Positions 37,995-51,005 of a stretch of DNA of 64,000 nucleotides are shown here, one piece after another. The stretch comes from Vicugna vicugna (Eukaryota). The stretch spans positions 1,376,335 to 1,440,334 of the forward strand of contig MU057521.1 in NCBI GenBank assembly GCA_013265495.1, in the 5' to 3' direction. The first letter of the stretch is position 1, and each line of letters begins with the position of its first letter. Below the pieces are notes generated by a model. It was not told where the DNA came from. It was given only the letters and a program-made list of their open reading frames with translations, and did no database searches. The position numbers and the translations under genes are program-made.

Positions 37995-39450
37995 CTCACT
38001 CAGGGAAGGAATGCATCTTCGTATTCCCAGGATCAAGTCAGTAGTAGAAATGTAGTAAGTTCTCAAGTCCTCGCTCAAAATAGGCATCCCATCGGTTTTC
38101 CTGTGTTTTGGAATTGAAAGAAACCTTTGCCATCAGCTGGCCTATGCTCTTGGTCAGGTGGTCATCCAGCCCATGGATGTGATGCGGTATTACCTGATTC
38201 CCATTTCTCCATCTTGTTTACGTGGTACCACGAGAGTTTTTGCCAGAATCCACATACGTGAGCTCTGTGACTACCCCATTTGCTGATCTGCTAGTAATGC
38301 TATGAACCAGGAAAATGTGGTTAGTTTGGAACCACCTGTTCTTAGTGCTCATGCCTGGGGCTACCACCAACTGCTTACTGATAGATTCTAATCCTTAGTC
38401 AGGAGTTAATGCTTCCTTGTCTGTCCGTCCCAGATTCCACCTTTTTCCTTTTTCCTAAATGATGACATCAGAATTGCCATTGGGACTTGTCGTTTCTCTG
38501 TCATTGAGCTGGTTCTTCAGTCACCGCCCCAGCCGTAGCTCCCAGCCTCCCTGAACAGGGTTCATGTGAGTTTGGGGGTCTGTCTGCTCTCATCGTCTCA
38601 GACACTCAAGACGTTAAAGCCGGAGGCTCCGCCCTCTCTGGGTTTCACTCCCGATGCTTATTTTCACTTTACACTTCCCATTAGGAAGATCATTGTCCGT
38701 GACACAGAAACAAAAGCACTATTGAGTAATGGAGTAGAAGGTCTGAGAAGTTCTGTATTTCTCCTGGCAGTTAGTTACATGGCCCCTCAGGCCAGGGAGT
38801 GGTCTTCCTTGTTCCTTGGCTTTGGTAGGTCGACAGAGCCCTCGGGATTGGCCACAGCATTGTTCACAAGCCCTGAACGCTGGAGTCTGACATGGTTCTT
38901 AATGGTCCAAGCTCCTCTTGGACGGCTGGCCATAGGGAAGTCACCCAAGGGCTGTTTGCCTGTGGGCTGTCTTAGCACGCGGGGTGGGGATGATGCCTCC
39001 CTGTTTCCCTTTTCAGTGGGTCCTCAGGCTGCTCTTCTTCTTAGCTGCTACCATCCTTCTCCGACTGGGGCACTACAAGAAGGAGCCCCACTGTCTCTCT
39101 TGCTTCCTGCCCTCAAACTCTAAATAAGTTAGGAAATATTTTTGAACTCATCCAAGACAACTTAATGCTGGCAAGGGCAGGAAAACAGTCAGAGGAAATA
39201 GCAGGAAAATCATAGGAAAGCTTAACTGTAATAGTTGTCCTTGGAACCAATTGTCACCTGATTAAATCTAGACGTGCTCTTTCTCAGTACCCTCATGGGA
39301 TCAACAAGTCAGGTCTCCCTGTCCGTCTAGCCCCGTGTTTGTTTGTAGGAACCCCTGTGAGTTTTCCTGTCTTCCCTCTCCTTCTGCTTATCTATACCTT
39401 CCTGCCTTAAATGAAGGATGCAAAGATTAGGCTACTTGGCCTACAAATCA
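37995..39450 (-). mobile_element. L3/CR1 LINE ORF2 (reverse transcriptase) fossil
   Basis: Minus-strand fragments in CR1 order: LNSAFVSV (cf. LNSFFASVF), KKVESGTDRQGSI (cf. KKVDPGNYRPVSL), TKNRWFQTNHIFL...TYVDSGK (cf. TKNKSCQTNLISF..YLDFSK), VNKMEK. The boundary near 39450 is approximate. Confidence 0.75.
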
Positions 39451-39639
39451 GAAGTCCTCCCCAAATCGAATAGCTTTTTTTCCCCATCTAGTGTAGTTAC
39501 TTTAATCAATACATCCCCCTCTCATCTGTGTGCATGTGACTGATCTGAGAGCCGGCTGAGCAGCAGTACTGATTTTTGTAGATGCCACCCTCCATCGTGT
39601 GGAATTCTATTAATACATCATAGAACTGTATGTGCATAT

Positions 39640-39720
39640 GTGTATGGTGTGTGTGTGTGTATATATATACACACTGGTGTGTGAATATATTATATATATA
39701 ATTTTATATATATATAATTT
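39640..39720. repeat. (TG)n/(TA)n microsatellite
   Basis: Visible dinucleotide runs. Confidence 0.85.
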
Positions 39721-39724
39721 GTCT

Positions 39725-40278
39725 TATTCACAGTAGTTACGGTCCCTAAAGTTGCCATAAACACTGAATTGGTAGAACTTGAACCATTGGTCCTAGAGAA
39801 AATACGGGGTGAGTTTCCTTCGAACCTTTGGCCACATTTTGTTTCATCAGTTGGTGAAACATAACCTTGCTTTATGTGTGCTTCTGTCGAAAGACACCTT
39901 ACTTAATATATATTGTTAATTACGTTGAACTCATGACAGCAGTGCTGTAACTTATGCCTGAAGGAAGCTTATTCACCACATGTATTTTCCCTGTAGCACG
40001 TTGCAGCCTTCTCTGGCTTAGGAACACCAGGCAACACTTCAGCACTACACTTGGGGCCTTTTAAACCATGAAATCAGCAGAAAGCATCAGTCTGTACTTG
40101 GCTGTATCCACAGGTGTAAAACCTGTAGATACGGATGGCCAACTGTGCTAATCCATTTTATATAAAGGACTTGAGCATCCTGGGATTTTGGTAAATCCAT
40201 GGGGTCCTGGAACCAATCCCCTAGCAGGTACTGTGGGACAACTGTACAGAATCCACGAATAATGAAGTTCAACACTCT
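39725..40278. mobile_element. MER82-like Tigger element interrupted by a MER2-like MITE (about 40088-40245)
   Basis: MER82 body (aaacactgaatt...aaagacaccttacttaatatatattg) and terminus (gaatccacgaataatgaag) are separated by a MER2-type segment ending gggacaactg|TA. Confidence 0.7.
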
Positions 40279-40346
40279 ACACACATGCACACACACACAC
40301 ACACACACATATATACACACCCACATAAACACCCTCATACACACAT
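40278..40346. repeat. (CA)n microsatellite
   Basis: Visible CA runs. Confidence 0.9.
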
Positions 40347-41139
40347 ATAACTCTGAGGGAAGATCTCATCTGTCCGTGTTGCACCTACCTTGACATTGGC
40401 CATGAATATGAACCAGGAGTTGTGTCACCTGGTCCCCAGTGTCTACTCTGAACCTTGTGCAGGGCCAGGCACATAATCCAATAAGGTCAGTCACACACCC
40501 ACAGAGAGACTACATTCCATTTACTCCAGGTCCATCAAGATTAGATGTAGTTGTATAAAAGCTACCAAGGCCATTTTAAAGTTACTCATCACGTCTTCAG
40601 CTTCATTAGACATGTAGTTTTTATTATTACAACTTTTACATTGACATAGCTCTTTATGGATCAAAAAACACATTCACATAGTTTCCAAGCCTATAGGGTC
40701 TATTCTATGTAAATATATAAGTGGATTGTTGATTCAACCAGCATGTGGAATCACAGTGGAATTTTTTTTCACTTTTAATAAAGCCTAGAGAAATACTGTG
40801 GTGAACGAGGTGGTCCATAGGCCCAGATCTGGATGTATTGACTTACTGGTAATCTGGTTGTGGTTCTATAACCATTTGGGACCCAAAGAGGGGAGACGTG
40901 CTCACTAATGGATTCTAAAGAGTTCAAGATCTTTTGGAGGAGAGAAAATAGGCACATCTCCACCTAGTGGTCAAAAGCAAAATGTGGGAATGTTGAGACG
41001 GGTTTGGACCATTAGGTGTCAGTCTACGCACCTAAACCTGGGCTGCTTTTCTTATGAGTCAAAGGCTGGGGAGAGGGGAAAAAAACCCCACTAGATTGGT
41101 TGAGGAAAACCCACCAGGATTACTGTGAAAAATATTAAG

Positions 41140-41380
41140 GTAGTCCAATATGAGCTTTGTAATCAAATTCAAATCTAAATTCCAGCTCCACCACTTAAAA
41201 TCTATGCAATTTGGGGCAAGATCTTAGTTATCCAAGTCTCAGCTTCTTCATCTGTAAAATGGGAATGACAACACTTACAGCATGTTTATTTTAAGAATTG
41301 AATAAAATAGTGCACATAAACCAATTAGCACAGTGTCTCAAACATAGAAGACAGTCAGTAAGTGACAGGTATCATTATTA
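41140..41380 (+). mobile_element. MIR
   Basis: ctcagcttcttcatctgtaaaatgggaatgacaaca core. Confidence 0.85.
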
Positions 41381-41992
41381 CATTTGTTTGAAAGAGGTTA
41401 AGTATTTCCCATAAGGACAGCACTTAAGTGTTGCACACATGCACGTGTTATCAGTAACGAGGCAACACAGACTTTAAAAAATATAAGGAATGAGAGTGCT
41501 ATCGGCTTTAGTGCAATAGGATCTATTGCATTATCTATCGAATAGATAATGTATTAAATAAGAAGGTATCCTAGATAAAAAGACTGAGAGGAAAGTTTCT
41601 ACGTATTTCAGGTTGACTCTCCATTTCAATGGAAATGCACAGAGAGTGTTAAGTGAGTCATATTTACTTCCTCTACACCTACTAAAAATAAAGGGCAGTA
41701 AGTTAGTGACAGATATGAACTGGAAGGATGTTCCAAGTAAATAATGGACCCCTACTACCTTTCTAAGGAAACGGCGTGTCTTTAGCAAAATAATAGTCGG
41801 TATGTGATATCATAGTCTTGTCTGGTGTTGCAAACATAGCCTCATGGATGGAGGCTATGGATGGATGAGAATGTGGGAATTCAGGAAAAGCACAACCAGC
41901 AGCACTGGGGTGTCCCTACATCCATTTCTCCTCCATCATACTTGTAACAGGTGTTGGTCTTGTGGTTTTCTGCCTGCTTTTGTCCCTTCCTG

Positions 41993-42082
41993 TTTCTTGT
42001 GGGTCAAATGTGTCTCCAAAAAGGTATGTTGAAGTCCTGTACCCCAGTACCTGGAATTGTGACCTTATCTGGAAATAAGATC

Positions 42083-42113
<31 letters not shown>

Positions 42114-42537
42114 ATACATGTATATATATATATTTTCAAGATATGAGTTAAGATGAGGTCACACTGGAGGAAAGTGAGCCCCTAATAAGGACTAGTGTCC
42201 CTATAAGAAGAGCAGAAGAGACACACAGAGTGAAATGCCACATGAAGACACCGGCATGCAGAGAGGGAAGATGACGTGAAGACACAGGGTGAGAACCGTG
42301 AGATGCTGAGGGAGAGACTGGAGTGTCTACAGGCTGAGGAACACCAGGGATGGTCAGCAACACCAGAAGCTGGGAGAAAGGCACATATCCTCCCCTAGTG
42401 CCTTCAGAGAGAGCATGACCCTGCTGACACGTTGATCCTGGACTTGAAGCCTCCAGAACTGGGAAAGAATAAATTTCTGTTGTTTCAAGTCACCAGTTTG
42501 TGGTACCTTATTAAGGCAGCCCTGGGAAATGAATAGA
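41993..42537 (+). mobile_element. MLT1B/C-like solo LTR with internal (TG)n
   Basis: ggtatgttgaagtcc...gcctccagaactgggaaagaataaatttctgttgtttcaagtcaccagtttgtgg. Confidence 0.88.
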
Positions 42538-43779
42538 TTATTTCCAGCAGAGAGACCTTCCAAAGTGGCTGGGTGGTGGGTGTTTATCTGAGCAGTTTTT
42601 AATCCCCTGAAATTCTGACCTTATAAAGTCATAGCGAGCTGCCTCTAAACAAGAGGCTTGAGGGGACTGAATCATTTGTGTCCTGGCCATTGAGCAACAG
42701 ATGATGTGGAAAGAATCTAGACATTTAGGATTCTAGAACAATGCCAGCTCACCTGGGTGGGGAAGAGATGGGAATTTTCCTCTTGATGGCTGAGAGCTTC
42801 TGAAGCCTGGGTTGCTGGGCCACCTGTTGGCCTCTGTTTTCGTGAGAATGATGTTCATTTAATCTGCCCACGCCTGATCTTTTACAGGAATTTCCAGGAC
42901 ATTGCCTTCTCTCCTCTCCTTCCCTGCTGCTTTCCCAGCTGCCAGGGACTGCATCCCAGTGTGGCAGGTCCACTTTGCTCCCTCAGTCAATGGAACTTGG
43001 ACTATTAGGCTGTGAAATCGCCTCACTCAATTAATGTCCACCCTGTTTAAATCCATGATGTGTTAACTTGGCTTATTTGGCTATAGGAAATGCCCAATCA
43101 TCCTGTGGACACAGCGCTTAAAATAAGATGCAAATGCCGAGTCCCTTAGCAAAGGGGACTTCCTGGGCGGCATAATGCTTGTATTTGAAAACAATTCCGC
43201 TAGATGGCGCTCCATTGAAGGTCGGACCCAGGGTCCTGGCGCTTCCCTTTCAGGATCGCAGTTAATGAGAGCAATCCGGGAATGAATGAAGATGTCAAGA
43301 AGGCAGTCCTAAATTGCTCTGGCAGATTTTAGAAGATGATGTTACTTATGCTTAATTTTCATATTAGATAGAACCTCCGATTGCTTCCCTCATGAAGAGC
43401 CTCCTCTGTGATCATGTTCCTTCTTACCTCCCTCCCGTTGAAGGGCTCCGCATCAACACACAACCAAACCATAAAGTCAGATGGAAATAAGTGAAAGGAG
43501 GTTCTCAGGGTTACGAGGCTGAACATAGGAGGTGACTCTCCGTCAGGGTTAGCCTGGTGCCGGGGTGGAGGTGGGTGGGTGGGCAGAGGAGGCACTGTCA
43601 GCATCTCATCGGTGGATGCCATCTGGCGCTGGCGAGACAGAGTTCTTTGTGCCCAGTTACACCCTCTGGGTCACTCAGAGAGTGACCAGCCGAGAAGGAT
43701 GGGATGGTTTGACATGACAGGATTAAGTGCATTTCCAGTTGGATCTGAGCCAAGTTCTCCCATTAAGATCCCTGTTAAG

Positions 43780-43870
43780 TACTGCGAGAGGGTATAGCTC
43801 AGTGGTAGAGTGTGTGCATTCAATCCCCAGTACTTCTGTTAAATAAATAAATACATATATATATATTTTA
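43780..43870 (+). mobile_element. Internally deleted Vic-1-type tRNA-derived SINE
   Basis: gagggtatagctcagtggtagagtg..ttcaatccccagtac plus A-rich tail; TSD aagatc(c/a)ctgttaag at 43765-43779 and 43871-43885. Confidence 0.85.
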
Positions 43871-45619
43871 AAGATCACTGTTAAGAATTTAAACATGGGT
43901 GTCAGACAGGCGTCAGACTAAAAACAAAAGGGACTAAAAAGTAAAAACAAAACTCTGAGCCGAGCTCTCTGGCTGTCACCACTGCAAACCTTGAAAGAGG
44001 CTTCCCCTTGTACTGACTATAGAAGAATTTGCTTTTCCTGCGTGACAAAGGTTCTGTTGGACACCAGCGGCTGGACAGCCTCCTGATCCTCAGTTTCCTC
44101 CGCTGAGTTGGAAAAATAGTTCTCTCCTTGTGGTGCTGTGATGAGGCTTGGAAGTAAATCTTGAAACTCCCTAGCAGGTCATCATGAAAGCACTCACTTC
44201 TCCTCTTCCTGCTACTCTTCTGAGAAGTTTGGAGACGGGCTTTATAAACACAAGAGATTGACGTAATTATTACACATCAGTCACCGAAGCGGAGCTGCAG
44301 AATGCCGTGGTACAGTTTTCTGCCGCGCACAGCAACTAAAACAAACCCCTTTGCCCCTTACCTCCGTGTTGGTTGTTGGTTTATGAATAGTGGGAAAGGA
44401 TGTGTGAGGCTCCCTGCTGCCTTCCAGTTTGCCAGCTGAATGGCTCAGGGGAAGGCTCCAAGAAGACCAAGCTAGGTGTGCTGACTTCCCTAAAATAATC
44501 TGGACACTGGAGCCTCATGGCGGGTGCACGTTCTGGGCCATCCCAGGGACATTGTGAAATAGATCTGATTTCAGGCCCCTTCCATTTCTTCTGATTCCCT
44601 TTCTTTCCCCTCTCATCGAAGTCGCAGGCCCCCATCTTTCTTCCCTTTTCTTCTCTATTAAAACTTGATCTCGGGGGGAAAAATGATTATCAATAACTTT
44701 GTCAGTGGACACTTGTACCCTGCTCTTCTCTGGACAAGATTTACCCCCATTTATTCACCACGCAGAAGGTGCGTAGGAGTCTTTTGGAAGGCAGGGGATT
44801 TCTGGTGTCCCTGAGATCACCCCAAAGGACACATCTGCCCTTCACTCTATGCAGGCTGTTGGAAGCCTGAATGTATTTCAGAAGCACCTCCCTAGTAACA
44901 GACGGAGGTTTGGAATAGTTGGATACTTGCTACTAGAATTCCTGAAAATAGAAGCAAATATCCATAAATAAACATTAGAAATGAAACACAGAATACTTGG
45001 CATTTAACGTATTTTAAAAACATTGTTTACCAATTTCTTTGCTCTTTGCCAATCATGAGAGTGGCCAAGCAGCTCTTTGAAGATTTGGCCTGGCCCTACC
45101 TCTCCAATGAGGAACCCAGCTCAAGGAAAACACCATCTGAAGTCAAACAAGCCAAAAGTGTATTCGTGCTTGCTTAAATCTCCAGGTTTTATTCCACTCC
45201 TGTGTCAAGCACATAAGGAAAGGGTGGCCTTAGGATGAAGGATGCAGGCTTGGCTTTGACAGCTGAGAAGCAAGAGCAGGGATGGCCAGTGCAGAGCTCT
45301 GTTTCTCCGAATTCTCTGCTGCCTTGTCCCTAGTGGGGATTACTCATCTATCTCAGCCTTCGTGCTCACGGGGCAGGGGTGCAGTCTCCCAGTCCTTCTC
45401 ATTGCAACTGTTTGAGCATGGGCACTGAGATAAAACTCCAATGAGAGCTTCAGGTCCTTAGTGGGAGGGCTAAAGCCATATCCCGACTGGTAAAGTCTCT
45501 AAGCAGTGCAGAGCAGGTCTTTCAAAAGGAACAACTGGTTGTCCCTAGAATTACTCCCCATTCCATGTTGTCTGATGCCTGAAATTCCATCATTAGAATA
45601 GTCCTCCCTGGAGTCCTTA

Positions 45620-45830
45620 GCTTTGATGCCCAGGACACCATACTAAGTCCTCTGCATATGGTTACTCATTTAATTTTCATGGACTGCTATTATGTCCATT
45701 TTACAGATAAAAAAGTCAAGACTCAGAGAATGAATTGCCCAAGATCAGACAGTCCGAAAGGGGCAGAACCAGGCTTATCCAAGCTAGATCTATTTTATCC
45801 CTCAAGACCCTTGCTTTCTCCACTGTATCC
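45620..45830 (-). mobile_element. MIR
   Basis: ccattttacagataaaaaagtcaagactcagaga...ttgcccaagatca. Confidence 0.75.
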
Positions 45831-46199
45831 ATCACACAGCCTTCAGTGGCTGAGGGTTTGAGAAGGAGCCAGGTGAAGAGACCATGGGAGGCAGAGGAAT
45901 TGAATTCCTGAGAGAGAACAGAACAGAAGGCGAGCTGTCGGGCCAGAGATGAATCACCCAGATTTCACGGTCCTGCCTTGGGCTGGTCTTGGGTTGAAAT
46001 AAGAGAACCTCAGCGTGAATGCTGATGTTTCTCCCAGAATCAAGGTTCTCGCATCCGACAGGATGCAGCACACACTCCCTTTGGGCAGCCACGAAGCAAA
46101 GCAGATGGCAAGTATCTGCTGTGTGATAAAGGTTAACCATGAAACTATAAATACTGATGTTGCTGCTATGGTTATTACAAAAATTTATATATTTTTATT

Positions 46200-46985
46200 C
46201 TCTTTTTTTAACATTTTTTTTGAGTTATAATCATTTTACAATTTGTGTCAAATTCCAGTGTAGAGCACAATTTTTCAGTTGTACATGAACATATATATAT
46301 TAATTGTCACATTCTCTGTGAGTACCATAAGATCTTGTATATATTTCCCTGTGCTATACAGTATAATCTTGTTTATCTATTCTACATTTTGAAATCCCAG
46401 TCTGTCCCTTCCCAACCCCCATCCCCTTGGCAACCACAAGTTTGTATTCTAGGTCTATGAGACTGCTTCTGTTTGGTATTTATGTTTTGTTTGTTTTGGG
46501 TTTTTTTAGATTCCACATATGAGCGATCTCATATGGTATTTTTCTTTCTCTTTCTGGCTTACTTCACTGAGAATGACATTCTCCAGGAACATCCATGTTG
46601 CTGCAAATGGCGTTATGTTGTTGGTTTTTATGGCTAATAGTATTCCATTGTATAAATATACCACACCTTCTTCATCCAGTCATCTGTTGATGGACATTTA
46701 GGCTGTTTCCATGTCTTGGTTATTGTAAACAGTGCTGCTATGCACATTGGGGTACAGGTGTCTTTTTGAAGTAGGGTTCCTTCTGAATATATGCCCAGGA
46801 GCGGGATTCCTGGGTCATATAGTAAGTCTATTCCTAGTCTTTTGAGGGATCTCCATACTGTTTTCCATAATGGCTGCACCAAACTGCATTCCCACCAGCA
46901 GTGTAGGAGGGTTCCCTTTTCTCCACAGCCTCTCCAGCATTTGTCATTTGTGGATTTTTGAATGATGGCCATTCTGACTGGTGTT
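46200..46985 (-). mobile_element. Young L1 3' end with open ORF2 C-terminus
   Basis: ORF 46634-47008 ([41 protein letters not shown]) is the L1 ORF2 CCHC region; poly(T) on the left. Confidence 0.95.
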
Positions 46986-47329
46986 ATTATTCCCTTATTA
47001 TGAGTCACATTTCTTGGGCAGAAACTCCCAGAATGTTATACCTACTCTAGAGACAGACCTCAGGTATTTCACACCTGGAGTGGATTCTTTTTTAACAACT
47101 CCCCTACCATATGACAAAGTTAGTTTTAGTAATAATCATGAAATTATAGAAGTATCTGTAACAGCGGAGAAACAAATGCAGACAGTGACATTTTTCTTTT
47201 ATTAAACTTCACATATATAATCATGGTGGTCAAATAAATAAGTAAATAAATAGTATATTACCAGAAAAGGGGGGAAAAGGGAATACTTTTAAATTGGTCT
47301 TTTTTTAAAAAAAAAAGAGAAGTTGAAAA

Positions 47330-47975
47330 TCTTTTGCCTACATGCTGGTAACAGTAGAACATTAAAGTTTTTGTTTTTGAGACTTCTGCCCATTTATCAG
47401 TGATTTTATCAAAATTAACCATGAATATCCACATTTAATATACAGCAGAGCCAGATTTGTCAACCTCTCTCATAGTTGATTGAGGAATGTTTTTCAGTCA
47501 TTTAACTTCTGATGTTTTCGTTCACCTGTAATAAGAGACATATAAGCAGTTGGGGAAAGTCCTAAGCATAAAGATAAGTTTGACATAGACTCAGCTCAAT
47601 CTCGTGTCACAGCAATTTCCAGAATCAGTGATATAACCTCTGTTTCTTCAGGCTCAAGCTTAGCAGCTTTCAAATGTCTCCGTAGTTGAAAAATTTTCAC
47701 GAGAGCCCATCACCAGGAAACTTATCACAAACTTCTACTGTGTTTGGTTCTCCAGTTTTTCTTCTGCAAAAATCAGAGACAGTGTCAGAATGACAGCAAA
47801 CGAGATTTACTTGAGCCACTGAGTATTCGTCTAGTTTCTGGGAAAAATGACTCAGGCTTCAAACACTGCCCTTTTCATTTCATCTGGCAAATGTAATATT
47901 GACAGCTTTGGTCATTTCTCTCAACATTTCTTCTTTGAATATGATTCTCTTTTCTATGCAGCTGTCCGTTTCTTC
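47330..47975 (-). mobile_element. hAT transposase fossil (Zaphod/Tip100-like), C-terminal dimerisation domain
   Basis: Frameshifted minus translation LKNIPQSTMRE..LTNLALLYI..VNFDKITDKWAEV matches the hAT pattern KLIKNYLRSTM..RLTNLAILSIE..NFDEVIDKFA. Confidence 0.75.
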
Positions 47976-49399
47976 CCTTTTGTTCATTCATTCATTCACT
48001 CCATTCATTCATTCATTCACTTATTCGCTTATTTATTTACTACAGAAGTTGCAGCCCTCTCCCCAATTTCTTTGCAAGAAACAGTTTTAAAAGTGTTGTT
48101 ATACCTTGTTCAAGCAGGGTTAACAGGTTGTGGATATTTTTCTGTGGTTCCATAGGACAGTTTCATAGAATTGAAGTCACTCAAGTTCGCACCTCTGTCT
48201 ACAGTTGCCCCAGTTAACATTTCATGCCCGAATTGGAAAGAAAGGCATGTAGCTCAGTTCTCTCCAGTTGACAGGCAAATTTATCTCCACGTAGGACATT
48301 TATTAAAGGATAAACAACACGAATGTGCTCATTCAGGCCTAAGTATATAATATTAAACTCCACAGGAACCACAGTTGTTTAAGAACTTTGACCAACAAAA
48401 GGTTACGCTGGGAGGAGTGTTTGTTGCATCACTAACGTTTAGAATTGCCAGGACGCGTGATAGCGAAAGGCAGACCGACTCATACATGGTTTTGCCAGCA
48501 GTTTAAAATTCTCTGCAATGTGCTCTCCCCTCATTCCTACACCAGGCGACTGCTCCCACTTGTCTGCCTTTTAACTCACAACCTTTAGCCAGAAAACTCA
48601 CCAGCCTCAGCCCTGGGGCGTAGGTCTCAGGAACCTCCCATTCTGCTCCCCAGACCCAGTAACTTCTTACTGTCGGGCTGATTTCATTACACAGGATTAA
48701 AATCGATTTTAAAACAAAAACCCTGCAGGTGGATTTTCTCCTACTCAAGCTACCGCCGTTTTCCTGGGAAGGGACCCACGGTGTCAGAGTCCAGCTCCAG
48801 GCCCCTAGCCTCAGGGCCTACCTCCCAAAGCCAGCCCTGCCCAGGGAATGCGGACTCCCCTCCAGCTCCCTGGATGTTCTCGTTTTCCTGGTACCCAGAA
48901 AGTGGGCTTCTCGTCCCTCTTAAGCCACTAATTTGGGATCCTGGTGAAAATGACTTTTCCTCCTGCTTCCTCAGAAGCAAACGTTTAACCGAGTCATTTC
49001 TAAGGCCCCTGCTAGTGTCCTCTGGGCCTGGCCGCGAGGTCCAATGACCTTGACCGGCTGTCCTGGGTGCCTGCAGGCGGTGCTGACGCGGGGAAAGGTC
49101 AGCTGCTGGCACCGCCTGTCGCAGGCTGTTCCTGGTACCCCATCCCCGGGGCACTGCAGCCTTTTCAGACTGTCACCTTTCCTTGTTTGGCATCTCAGAA
49201 TGATTGGCCCTGGAGACTTTCAGATACCTCTTTAACAATCAGAGCCGGATTTCCAGAGCAGCGCCCTTGGCCTGCAAACGTGCTTATTTACCATGGCGTT
49301 GCCCTTCGATTGCGCAGGAACGATTGCTAAAAGACGACTCCCGCTCTTTCCCCGCCAACGCTTCCACCCCATACATGCCTCACACCAGCCCGTGTTGGA

Positions 49400-49530
49400 A
49401 GGTAGGCATGGAATCTCACTCCCATTTTAGAGATGGGGAAACTGAGATGCCAAGGGTTGAAGTTACTCATGGTGGCACATGCCGCTGCTCTTAGGGGCAG
49501 AGCTGGGACTAAAACACTGCCACCCCCCAT
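49400..49530 (-). mobile_element. MIR
   Basis: cccattttagagatggggaaactgag. Confidence 0.7.
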
Positions 49531-50669
49531 TTCTTACTCACTTATCCACCCCCCACTCCAATGAGTTTATTAGCTCGGGCCTGGCCTAAACCCAGTAATC
49601 CTGGTTACACAACCAATACCTAGCACGCACTCGGCTGGAGAGTATAAACAGATGGGGTGCCTCGCCTCTAAGAATTCACTGTTTAGAAATCACAAGACAT
49701 GTATGTTGAATATCAAGATGTCTTTAGAAATATGAGAAAATAGTCATAACATAGAAATAGCTTGTTTCTATGACTTTATAAATTTTTACATCAAGATGTA
49801 AAAATCAGTTACCTATATCTGGCAACAACATATTTAGGAAATGGCCCCTCAAAAGCTATATACCAGGGATGACAGATTTGCAGCACACGCCCTGAGAGCC
49901 CCTGGGGGTGTCTGTGGCAGATGGTGGCTTTATCCTGGCTCTCTTCCCACTAAGCACCCAGATGCAGCCTCAGAATCATTCCTAACACAGCATTCTGCTC
50001 AATCACACATCTTCTCACCAGATTTCAACTGGATTTGCCATCCCTGCTACAAATTTTAGGCTTATTATTGTAGGAAATGTGAAATGAGTGAAATGTGGGT
50101 GATTTGCCCTTTCAGGCGGCTGCTCTGTGGTCCAGTTCTCTTTTGGCCACCTGTGTGTCCTCCCAGCTACCCCAGACAAATGCTAGGGTCAATGACGTGC
50201 CAGGAAGTGGATAACCATAGTTTGCAACAGAAGTTACACACCTGAGATGTAGAAAACATTTGCAGGAGTACCAGCGTTTTACCATGGAAGTGATTTATTT
50301 GCAAGGTACTCCTTCCCGCCACCTCACACCCCATGCAGCATTCCTGGGGCAGGTGTTCTCTGTAAGAATCCCCATCAGATGATTCTGATGTGCCCCACCC
50401 CCTTGAGAATAGCAGCTTGAGCAATTATTTCTCGGAGGTATTTACCATTTCTCAGAGGATTGAGTCTTGAAGATTGAGTCAGATTGCTTAGAAATTGTTC
50501 ATAGGGAAACCTCAGCCATAGGAGTAAGTGATGCAGGAGATACTTTGAGCACCAGCTCTTTATCCCCTTCCATGGCATCTACTCTCTAACCTTTTAGGTG
50601 AGTCTCACTGTCAACGTTAGGTAATTCCGGAAGGACCTGAAAGGATCCTTGAGCTCCGTGCTGCATAGA

Positions 50670-51005
50670 AATGTGATGTCCTCCCAGAACCTCAGAATGT
50701 AATTAAAGAAAAGGTCAAGATTATAGGACTCAGGTGGGCTCTAAAACCAATGCATGTATCCTCATAAGAGAAACACACAGACGGTGGCCACATGTTAGGG
50801 TTATAAGCCGGGAATGCCGAAGATTGTGAGCAACTGCCAAGAAGAGACGAGGAAGGGTTTTCCCCTAGAACCGTCCGAGGGAGCGTTGCCCTGCCAACAT
50901 CTTGAGTTTTGACTTCTGGCCCTAGAACTGTGAGAAAATACGTTTGTTATTTTAAGCCACCCAGTTTGTAGTGATTTGGTGCAACAAACTCAGGGAATGA
51001 TTACA
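50670..51005 (+). mobile_element. MLT1 LTR, apparently nested in an older ERVL-type LTR (ending about 51081)
   Basis: gacttctggccctagaactgtgagaaaata...ttaagccacccagtttgtagtg, followed by ctcaggctctgctcttggg...ccaggctaagaca. Confidence 0.7.

Noticed and set aside
38566..39123. 185-aa + strand ORF
   Set aside because: Antisense to the L3/CR1 fossil, with no recognisable protein.
47330..47770. Minus-strand exon-like segment with a good acceptor
   Set aside because: Explained by the hAT transposase fossil; it shows that exon-like patterns arise by chance.
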